Shown: positions 10,330 to 22,300 of the stretch, one piece after another | How positions within the stretch are numbered: position 1 is the stretch's first letter | How the letters are laid out: every line of letters starts with the position of its first letter | DNA from: Zygnema circumcarinatum SAG 698-1b | Lineage: Eukaryota > Plantae > Zygnematophyceae | Length of the DNA stretch: 31,309 nucleotides | NCBI GenBank assembly: GCA_037447605.1 | Contig: JBBHKD010000032.1 | Coordinates: forward strand, 1 to 31,309 | Direction: 5' to 3' | Made by a program: the position numbers and the translations under genes | Notes under the pieces: generated by a model | The model's database searches: none | What the model saw: the letters and a program-made list of their open reading frames with translations, nothing else | Told to the model about the DNA's origin: nothing

Positions 10330-13300
10330 GGCGGACTCACTGTAGAGTGACGCTGAGAAATTTCGGTGCAAAAGAATAAAAGACAAAAAAGTTATATATA
10401 ACGGAGTGGACGTGTGTAGGAATGCAACCTATTACACGTGTCACAAAAACGTCCATATCTGAATATGGAGAAAGCCAAATGGACTCAAACTTTTTTGTGC
10501 ATACGACGGACAGACACTTGACACACGTTGAGAAATTTCGGTGCACAAAAGTAAAAGAAAATAAAGTTATATATAACGGAGTGGACGTGTGTAGGACCGC
10601 AACCTATTGCACGTGTCACAAAAACGTCCATATCTGAATAGGGAGAACGACAAATCAATTCAATTTTTTTGTGCATACGGCGGACACACTGTAGCGTGAC
10701 ACTCAGAAATTTCGGTGCAAAAAAGTAAAAGACAAAAAAGTAATTTATATCGGAGTGGACGTGTATAGGAACGCAACCTATTGCACGTGTCACAAAAACG
10801 TTCATATCTGAATAAGGAGAACGCTTAATTGACTCAAACATTTTGTGCATACGGCGGACTCACTGTAGAGTGACGCTGAGAAATTTCGGTGCAAAAGAGT
10901 AAAAGACAAAAAAGTTATGTATAACGGAGTGGACATGTATAGGAACGCAACTTATTGCACGTGTCACAAAAACGTCCATATCTGAATAGGGAGAACGCTT
11001 AATGGACTCAAACTTTTTGTGCATACGGCGGACTCACTGTAGAGTGACGCTGAGTTATTTCGGTGCAAAAGAGTAAAAGACAAAAAAGTTATGTATAACG
11101 GAGTGGACATGTATAGGAACGCAACTTATTGCACGTGTCACAAAAACGTCCATATCTGAATAGGGAGAACGCTTAATTGACTCAAACTTTTTGTGCATAC
11201 GGCGGACTCACTATAGAGTGACGCTGAGAAATTTCGGTGCAAAAGAATAAAAGACAAAAAAGTAATGTATAACGGAGTGGACGTGTATAGGAACGCAACC
11301 TATTACACGTGTCACAAAAACGTCCATATCTGAATAGGGAGAACGCCAAATGGACTCAATCTTTTTGTGCATACGGCGGACACACAGTAGAGTGACGCTA
11401 AGAAATTTCGGAGCACAAAAGTAAAAGACAAAAAAGTTATATATAACGGAGTGGACGTGTATAGGAACGCAACTTATTGCACGTGTCACAAAAACGTCCA
11501 TATCTGAATAGGGACAACGCTTAATTGACTCAAAATTTTTGTGCATACGGCGGACTCACTGTAGAGTGACGCTGAGAAATTTCGGTGCAAAAGAATAAAA
11601 GACAAAAAAGTTATATATAACGGAGTGGACGTGTGTAGGAATGCAACCTATTGCACGTGTCACAAAAACGTCCATATCTGAATACGGAGAAAGCCAAATG
11701 GACTCAAACTTTTTTGTGCATACGACGGACACACACTTGACACACGTTGAGAAATTTCGGTGCACAAAAGAAAAAGAAAATAAAGTTATATATAACGGAG
11801 TGGACGTGTGTAGGACCGCAACCTATTGCACGTGTCACAAAAACGTCCATATCTGAATAGGGAGAACGACAAATCAATTCAATTGTTTTGTGCATACGGC
11901 GGACACACTGTAGCGTGACACTCAGAAATTTCGGTGCAAAAAAGTAAAAGACAAAAAAGTAATTTATATCGGAGTGGACGTGTATAGGAACGCAACCTAT
12001 TGCACGTGTCACAAAAACGTCCATATCTGAATAAGGAGAACGCTTAATTGACTCAAACTTTTTGTGCATACGGCGGACTCACTGTAGAGTGACGCTGAGA
12101 AATTTCGGTGCAAAACAGTAAAAGACAAAAAAGTTATGTATAACGGAGTGGACATGTATAGGAACGCAACTTATTGCACGTGTCACAAAAACGTCCATAT
12201 CTGAATAGGGAGAACGCTTAATGGACTCAAACTTTTTGTGCATACGGCGGACTCACTATAGAGTGACGCTCAGAAATTTCGGTGCAAAAGAATAAAAGAC
12301 AAAAAAGTAATGTATAACGGAGTGGACGGTTATAGGAACGCAACCTATTGCACGTGTCACAAAAACGTCCATATCTGAATAAGGAGAACGCATAATTGAC
12401 TCAAACTTTTTGTGCATACGGCGGACTCACTGTAGAGTGACGCTGAGAAATTTCGGTGCAAAACAGTAAAAGACAAAAAAGTTATGTATAACGGAGTGGA
12501 CATGTATAGGAACGCAACTTATTGCACGTGTCACAAAAACGTCCATATCTGAATAGGGAGAACGCTTAATGGACTCAAACTTTTTGTGCATACGGCGGAC
12601 TCACTATAGAGTGACGCTGAGAAATTTCGGTGCAAAAGAATAAAAGACAAAAAAGTAATTTATATCGGAGTGGACGTGTATAGGAACGCAACCTATTGCA
12701 CGTGTCACAAAAACGTCCATATCTGAATAAGGAGAACGCTTAATTGACTCAAACTTTTTGTGCATACGGCGGACTCACTGTAGAGTGACGCTGAGAAATT
12801 TCGGTGCAAAACAGTAAAAGACAAAAAAGTTATGTATAACGGAGTGGACATGTATAGGAACGCAACTTATTGCACGTGTCACAAAAACGTCCATATCTGA
12901 ATAGGGACAACGCTTAATTGACTCAAACTTTTTGTGCATACGGCGGACTCACTATAGAGTGACGCTGAGAAATTTCGGTGCAAAAGAATAAAAGACAAAA
13001 AAGTAATGTATAACGGAGTGGACGGTTATAGGAACGCAACCTATTACACGTGTCACAAAAACGTCCATATCTGAATAGGGAGAACGCCAAATGGACTCAA
13101 TCTTTTTGTGCATACGGCGGACACACAGTAGAGTGACGCTAAGAAATTTCGGAGCACAAAAGTAAAAGACAAAAAAGTAACGTATAACGGAGTGGACGTG
13201 TATAGGAACGCATCCTATTGCACGTGTCACAAAAGCGTCCATATCTGAATAGGGACAACGGCAATTGACTCAAACTTTGTGCATACGGCGGACTTCACTG

Positions 13301-14000
13301 TAGAGTGACGCTGAGAATTTCAGTTACAAAAGGAGAATAAAAGACAAAAAAGTTATATATAGCAGGTGGACATTGTGTAGGAATGCAACCTATTGCACGT
13401 GTCACAAAAACGTCCATATCTGAATACGGAGAAAGCCAAATGGACTCAAACTTTTTTGTGCATACGACGGACACACACTTGACACACGTTGAGAAATTTC
13501 GGTGCACAAAAGTAAAAGAAAATAAAGTTATATATAACGGAGTGGACGTGTGTAGGACCGCAACCTATTGCACGTGTCACAAAAACGTCCATATCTGAAT
13601 AGGGAGAACGACAAATCAATTCAATTTTTTTGTGCATACGGCGGACACACTGTAGAGTGACTCTAAGAAATTTCGGTGCAAAAAAGTAAAAGACAAAAAA
13701 GTTAAGTATAACGGAGTGGACGTGTATAGGAACGCAACCTATTGCACGTGTCACAAAAACGTCCATATCTGAATAGGGAGAACGCTTAATTGACTCAAAC
13801 TTTTTGTGCATACGGCGGACTCACTGTAGAGTGACGCTGAGAAATTTCGGTGCAAAACAGTAAAAGACAAAAAAGTTATGTATAACGGAGTGGACATGTA
13901 TAGGAGCGCAACTTATTGCCGCGTGTCACAAAAACGTCCATATCTGAATAGGGAGAGCAGCAATGGACTCAAACTTTTATTACATACAGCGGACCTTTCA
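10330..14000. repeat. 7-mer and 10-mer HOR variants carrying the marker block
   Basis: Marker at 10505, 11724 and 13466; spacings 1219 (7 x 174 + 1) and 1742 (10 monomers). Confidence 0.85.
12031..13075. repeat. Local dimer (348-bp) repeat, three copies
   Basis: ATAAGGAG at 12031, 12379 and 12727; CAAAACAGT at 12111, 12459 and 12807; both exactly 348 bp apart. Confidence 0.85.
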
Positions 14001-16399
14001 CTGTAAGTGACGCTTGAAATTTCAGTGCAAAGAGTAAATATGAAAAGTTATGTATAACGAGGGTGGAGGACATGTATAGGAGCATAACTTATTGCACGTG
14101 TCACAAAAACGTCCATATACGAATAGGGACAGCAGCAGCAATTGACTCAAACTTTTTGTGCATACGGCGGACTCAGTGTAGAGTGACGCTGAGAAATTTC
14201 GGTGCAAAAGAGTAAACGACAAAAAAGTTATGTATAACGGAGTGGACATGTATAGGAACGCAACTTATTGCACGTGTCACAAAAACGTCCATATCTGAAT
14301 AGGGACAACGCTTAATTGACTCAAACTTTTTGTGCATACGGCGGACTCACTGTAAAGTGACGCTGAGAAATTTCGGTGCAAAAGAATAAAAGACAAAAAA
14401 GTTATGTATAACGGAGTGGACGTGTATAGGAACGCAACCTATTGCACGTGTCACAAAAACGTCCATATCTGAATAGGGACAACGCTTAATTGACTCAAAC
14501 TTTTTGTGCATACGGCGGACACACAGTAGAGTGACGCTAAGAAATTTCGGAGCAAAAAAATAAAAGACAAAAATATTATATATAACGGAGTGGACGTGTA
14601 TAGGAACGCAACCTATTGCACGTGTCACAAAAACGTCCATATCTGAATAGGGACAACGCTTAATTGACTCAAACTTTTTGTGCATACGGCGGACTCACTG
14701 TAGAGTAATGCTAAAAAACTTCGGTGCACAAAATTAAAAAAAAAAACAGTTACAGACACCGGTGCCGTCCACGATACTATCGCGACCTATAGCACGTGTC
14801 ACAAAACATCATATATCTGATTGATTAGGAGAACAGCAATGACTCCAAACTTTTTGTGCATACGAGCCGGACTCACTGTAGAGTGACGCTGAGAGAGAGT
14901 ATTCCGGTTGCAAAAGAGTAAAAGACAAAAAGAAGTTATGTATAGCAGTGTGGACATGTATATAGGAGCACTTAACTTATTGCACGTGTCACAAAAAATA
15001 CATATCTGTGAATAGGAGAGCAGCAGGTAAGTCAAACTTTTTGTGCATACGGCGGACTCACTGTAAAGTGAAGCTGAGAAATTTCGGTGCAAAAGAATAA
15101 AAGACAAAAAAGTTATGTATAACGGAGTGGACGTGTATAGGAACGCAACCTATTGCACGTGTCACAAAAACGTCCATATCTGAATAGGGACAACGCTTAA
15201 TTGACTCAAACTTTTTGTGCATACAGCGGACTCACTGTAAAGTGACGCTGAGAAATTTCGGTGCAAAAGAGTAAAAGACAAAAACGTTATGTATAACGGA
15301 GTGGACGTGTATAGGAACGCAACCTATTGCACGTGTGACGCAAAAAGTCCATAACAGAATAGGGAGAACGCTTAATTGACTCAAACTTTTTGTGCATACA
15401 GCGGACTCACTGTAGAGTGACGCTGAGAAATTTCGGTGCAAAATAGTAAAAGACAAAAAAGTTATGTATAACGGAGTGGACGTGTATAGGAACGCAACTT
15501 ATTGCACGTGTCACAAAAACGTCCATATCTGAATAGGGACAACGCTTAATTGACTCAAACTTTTTGTGCATACGGCGGACTCACTGTAGAGTGACGCTGA
15601 GAAATTTCGGTGCAAAAGAATAAAAGACAAAAAAGTTATGTATAACGGAGTGGACGTGTATACGAACGCAGCCTATAACACGTGTCACAAAAACGTCCAT
15701 ATTTGAATAGGGAGAACGCCAAATGGACTCAAACGTTTTGTGCATACGGCGGACACACAGTAGAGTGACGCTAAGAAATTTCGGAGCACAAAAGTAAAAG
15801 ACAAAAAAGTTATATATAACGGAGTGGACGTGTATAGGAACGCAACTTATTGCACGTGTCACAAAAACGTCCATATCTGAATAGGGAGAACGCTTAATTG
15901 ACTCAAACTTTTTGTGCATACGGCGGACTCACTGTAGAGTGACGCTGAGAAATTTCGGTGCAAAAGAATAAAAGACAAAAAAGTTATGTATAACGGAGTG
16001 GACGTGTATACGAACGCAGCCTATAGCACGTGTCACAAAAACGTCCATATTTGAATAGGGAGAACGCAAAATGGACTCAAACATTTTTCTGCATCCGCAA
16101 CCACACGTAGAGTGACAGTTAAGAAATTTCAGAAACGAAAAGTAAAAGACAGAAAAGTTATGTATAACAGATGGACATGTGTAAAACGCGACCTGTTTAC
16201 ATGTGCACAAAAACATTACTATCTGAATCAGGAAAACACCAAATTGACTCAAACTTTTTGTGCATCAGGCAAATAATATCATATGACAGCTAAGAAATTT
16301 TAATAAGGAAAAATAAAAGACAAAAATATTATATATAACGGAGTGGACGTGTATAGGAACGCAACCTATTGCACGTGTCACAAAAACGTCCATATCTGA

Positions 16400-19300
16400 A
16401 TAGGGAGAACGCTTAATTGACTCAAACTTTATTGTGCATACGACGGACACACACTTGACACACGTTGAGAAATTTCGGTGCACAAAAGTAAAAGAAAATA
16501 AAGTTATATATGGCAAATGGACATATGTAAGGACCGCGACCTATACACGTGTCACAGAAACATACATATCTGAATAGGGGACAACGACAGATCAGTTCAA
16601 TTTTTTTGTGCATACGGCGGAGACACTGTAGGTTGACGCTCAGAAATTTCGGTGCAAAAAAGTAAAAGACAAAAAAGTAATATATAACGGAGTGGACGTG
16701 TATAGGAACGCAACCTATTGCACGTGTCACAAAAACGTCCATATCTGAATAGGGAGAACGCTTAATTGACTCAAACTTTTTGTGCATGCGGCGGACACAC
16801 TGTAGAGTGACACTGAGAAATTTCGGTGTGAAAGAAGAAAGGACAAACACGTTATAGGGAAAGGAATGGACATGTATAGGAACGCAACTTATTGCACGTG
16901 TCACAAAAACGTCCATATCTGAATAGGGACAACGCTTAATTGACTCAAACTTTTTGTGCATACGGCGGACTCACTGTAGAGTGACGCTGAGAAATTTCGG
17001 TGCAAAAGAATAAAAGAAAAAAAAGTTATGTATAACGGAGTGGACGTGTATAGGAACGCAACCTATTGCACGTGTCACAAAAACGTCCATATCTGAATAG
17101 GGAGATCGCTTAATTGACTCAAACTTTTTGTGCATCAGCGACACTCAGACATAAGCTAATGAGAAATTTCGTAGAAGATGAGAGACAAAAACGTTATGTA
17201 TAACAGAATGAAACTGTATCAGAACGCGCCTGTTGCACGTGTCACAAAAACATCTTATTCTGAATAGGAGCACTTAATTGACTCAAACTTTTTGTCGTCG
17301 GCAAACTCAGTATTAGAGTGACACTGAGAAATTCCGATGTAAAAGAATAAAAGACAAAAAAGTTATGTATAACGGAGTGGACATGTATAGGAACGCAACT
17401 TATTGCACGTGTCACAAAAACGTCCATATCTGAATAGGGAGAACGCTTAATTGACTCAAACTTTTTGTGCATACGGCGGACTCACTGTAAAGTGACGCTG
17501 AGAAATTTCGGTGCAAAAGAATAATAGACAAAAAAGTTATGTATAAATTTAATGGACATATATAAGACGCAACCTGTTGCACGTGTCACAAAAACGTCCA
17601 TATCTGAATAGGGAGACGCTTAATTGACTCAAACTTTTTGTGCATGACAAACTCACTGAAAGTAAGCACTGAGAAATTTCGGTGCAAAAGAATGAGAGAC
17701 AAAAAAGCTTATGTAACGGAGGTGGACGTGTATAGGAGAAGCACAATTTTATTACACGTGTCACAAAAACGTCCATATTTGAATAGGGAGAACGCCAAAT
17801 GGACTCAAACTTTTTGTGCATACGGCGGACTCACTGTAGAGTGACGCTGAGAAATTTCGGTGCAAAAGAATAAAAGACAAAAAAGTTATATATAACGGAG
17901 TGGACGTGTGTAGGAATGCAACCTATTGCACGTGTCACAAAAACGTCCATATCTGAATACGGAGAAAGCCAAATGGACTCAAACTTTTTTGTGCATACGA
18001 CGGACAGACACTTGACACACGTTGAGAAATTTCGGTGCACAAAAGTAAAAGAAAATAAAGTTATATATAACGGAGTGGACGTGTGTAGGACCGCACCCGA
18101 TTGCTCGTGTCACAAAAACGTCCATATCTGAATAGGGACAACGACAAATCAATTCAATTTTTTTGTGTGCATCAGCGGACACATGTCACATGACACCTCA
18201 AAAATTTCAGTACAAAAAAGTAAAAGACAAAAAAGTAATTTATATCGGAGTGGACGTGTATAGGAACGCAACCTATTGCACGTGTCACAAAAACGTCCAT
18301 ATCTGAATAAGGAGAACGCTTAATTGACTCAAACTTTTTGTGCATACGGCGAACTCACTGTAGAGTGACGCTGAGAAATTTCGGTGCAAAAGAGTAATAG
18401 ACAAAAAAGTTATGTATAACGGAGTGTACATGTATAGGAACGCAACTTATTGCACGTGTCTCAAAAACGTCCATATCTGAATAGGGAGAACACTTAATGG
18501 ACTCAAACTTTTTGTGCATGCGCGGACTCGCTGTAGAGTGACAACTGAGAAATTTCAGTAGGAAGAATGGAGGCAAAAAAGTTATGTATTGCGGAGTGTA
18601 CGTGTATAGGAACGCAACCTATTGCACGTGTCACAAAAACGTCCATATCTGAATAGGGAGAACGCTTAATTGACTCAAACTTTTTGTGCATACGGCGGAC
18701 TCACTGTAGAGTGACGCTGAGAAATTTCGGTGCAAAAGAGTAAAAGACAAAAAAGTTATGTATAACGGAGTGGACGTGTATAGGAACGCAACTTATTGCA
18801 CGTGTCACAAAAACGTCCATATCTGAATAGGGAGATCGCTTAATTGACTCAAACTTTTTGTGCATACGGCGAACTCACTGTAGAGTGACGCTGAGAAATT
18901 TCAGTGCAAAAGAGTAAAAGACAAAAACGTTATGTATAACGGAGTGGACGTGTATAGGAACGCAACCTATTGCACGTGTCACAAAAACGTCCATATCTGA
19001 ATAGGGAGATCGCTTAATTGACTCAAACTTTTTGTGCATACGGCGAACTCACTGTAGAGTGACGCTGAGAAATTTCAGTGCAAAAGAGTAAAAGACAAAA
19101 AAGTTATGTATAACGGAGTGGACGTGTATAGGAACGCAACCTATTGCACGTGTCACAAAAACGTCCATATCTGAATAGGGAGAACGCTTAATTGACTCAA
19201 ACTTTTTGTGCATACGGCGGACTCACTGTAGAGTGACGCTGAGAAATTTCGGTGCAAAAGAATAAAAGACAAAAAAGTTATGTATAACGGAGTGGACGTG

Positions 19301-22300
19301 TATACGAACGCAGCCTATAGCACGTGTCACAAAAACGTCCATATTTGAATAGGGAGAACGCCAAATGGACTCAAACTTTTTGTGCATACGGCGGACTCAC
19401 TGTAGAGTGACGCTGAGAAATTTCGGTGCAAAAGAATAAAAGACAAAAAAGTTATATATAACGGAGTGGACGTGTGTAGGAATGCAACCTATTGCACGTG
19501 TCACAAAAACGTCCATATCTGAATACGGAGAAAGCCAAATGGACTCAAACTTTATTGTGCATACGACGGACACACACTTGACACACGTTGAGAAATTTCG
19601 GTGCACAAAAGTAAAAGAAAATAAAGTTATATATAACGGAGTGGACGTGTGTAGGACCGCAACCTATTGCACGTGTCACAAAAACGTCCATATCTGAATA
19701 GGGAGAACGCTTAATTGACTCAAACTTTTTGTGCATACGGCGGACTCACTGTAGAGTGACGCTGAGAAATTTCGGTGCAAAAGAGTAAAAGACAAAAAAG
19801 TTATGTATAACGGAGTGGACATGTATAGGAACGCAACTTATTGCACGTGTCACAAAAACGTCCATATATGAATAGGAGAACGCTTAATTGACTCAAACTT
19901 TTTGTGGTGCGGCAGAACTCGCTGTAGAGTGAACATAGAAACTTAGATAAGAAGATAAAAGACAAAAAAGTTATGTATAACGGAGTGTACCCACTATAGG
20001 AAAGCACAAAACTATGTACATGTCAACAAAAACGTCCATGTCTGAATAGGAGAAACGCTTAATGGACTCAAACTTTTTGTCATCCGCGACTTCAAAGCTA
20101 TCTAGAGTGACAACAAAGCCCCAGTGAGAAATAAAAGACAAAAAAGTTATGTGACAAAGTGGACATATATAGACGCCGACCTAAAGTGAGTATCACAGAA
20201 ACATCCATATCTGATTCAAAGAAACACTTAATTGACTCAAACTTTTTGTGCATACGGCGGACTAACTGTAGAGTGACGCTGAGAAATTTCGGTGCAAAAG
20301 AATAAAAGACAAAAAAGTTATGTATAACGGAGTGGACATGTATAGGAACGCAACTTATTGCACGTGTCACAAAAACGTCCATATCTGAATAGGGAGAACG
20401 CTTAATTGACTCAAACTTTTTGTGCATACGGCGGACTCACTGTAGAGTGACGCTGAGAAATTTCGGTGCAAAAGAGTAAAAGACAAAAAAGTTATGTATA
20501 ACGGAGTGGACATGTATAGGAACGCAACTTATTGCACGTGTCACAAAAACGTCCATATCTGAATAGGGAGAACGCTTAATTGACTCAAACTTTTTGTGCG
20601 TACGGCGGACACACTGTAGAGTGACGCTGAGAAATTTCGGTGCAAAAAAGTAAAAGACAAAAAAGTTATATATAACGGAGTGGACGTGTATAGGAACGCA
20701 ACCTATTGCACGTGTCACAAAAACGTCCATATCTGAATAGGGAGAACGCTTAATTGACTCAAACCTTTTTGTGCATACGGCGGACTCACTGTAGAGTGAC
20801 GCTGAGAAATTTCGGTGCAAAAGAGTAAAAGACAAAAAAGTTATGTATAACGGAGTGGACATGTATAGGAACGCAACTTATTGCACGTGTCACAAAAACG
20901 TCCATATTTGAATAGGGAGAACGCCAAATGGACTCAAACTTTTTGTGCATACGGCGGACTCACTGTAGAGTGACGCTGAGAAATTTCGGTGCAAAAGAAT
21001 AAAAGACACAAAAGTTATATATAACGGAGTGGACGTGTGTAGGAATGCAACCTATTGCACGTGTCACAAAAACGTCCATATCGGAATACGGAGAAAGCCA
21101 AATGGACTCAAACTTTATTGTGCATACGACGGACACACACTTGACACACGTGGAGAAATTTCGGTGCAAAAAAGTAAAAGAAAATAAAGTTATAAATAAC
21201 GGAGAGGACGTGTGTAGGACCGCAAGCTATTGCACGTGTCACAAAAACGTCCATATCTGAAAAGGGAGAACGACAAATCAATTCAATTTTTTTATCGTCA
21301 GCAGGACACACTATAGCATGACACCAAGAAATTTCAAGTAAGAAAAGTAAAAGACAAAAAAGTAATGTATAACGGAGTGGACATGTATAGGAACGCAACT
21401 TATTGCACGTGTCACAAAAACGTCCATATCTGAATAGGGAGAACGCTTAATTGACTCAAACGTTTTGTGCATACGGCGGACTCACTGTAGAGTGACGCTG
21501 AGAAATTTCGGTGCAAAAGAGTAAAAGACAAAAAAGTTATGTATAACGGAGTGGACATGTATAGGAACGCAACTTATTGCACGTGTCACAAAAACGTCCA
21601 TATCTGAATAGGGAGAACGCTTAATGGACTCAAACTTTTTGTGCATACGGCGGACTCACTGTAAAGTGACGCTGAGAAATTTCGGTGCAAAAGAATAAAA
21701 GACAAAAAAGTAATGTATAACGGAGTGGACATGTATAGGAACGCAACTTATTGCACGTGTCACAAAAACGTCCATATCTGAATAGGGAGAACGCTTAACT
21801 GACTCAAACCTTTTGTGCATACGGCGGACTCACTGTAGAGTGACGCTGAGAAATTTTGGTGTAAAAGAGTAAAAGACAAAAAAGTTATGTATAACGGAGT
21901 GGACATGTATAGGAGCGCAACTTATTGCACGTGTCACAAAAACGTCCATATCTGAATAGGGAGAACGCTTAATTGACTCAAACTTTTTGTGCATACGGCG
22001 GACTCAGTGTAGAGTGACGCTGAGAAATTTCGGTGCAAAAGAATAAAAGACAAAAAAGTTATGTATAACGGAGTGGACATGTATAGGAACGCAACTTATT
22101 GCACGTGTCACAAAAACGTCCATATCTGAATAGAACAACACTTAATTGACTCAAACTTTTTGTGCATGCGCGGACTCGCTGTAAAGTGACACTGAGAAAC
22201 TTAAACCAGAGGAAATGAGAGCAGAAAATGTTCTGTATGACAAATAAACATGTAGTAGGAACACGATCTCTTGCACATATTCACAAAAACATACATGCTG

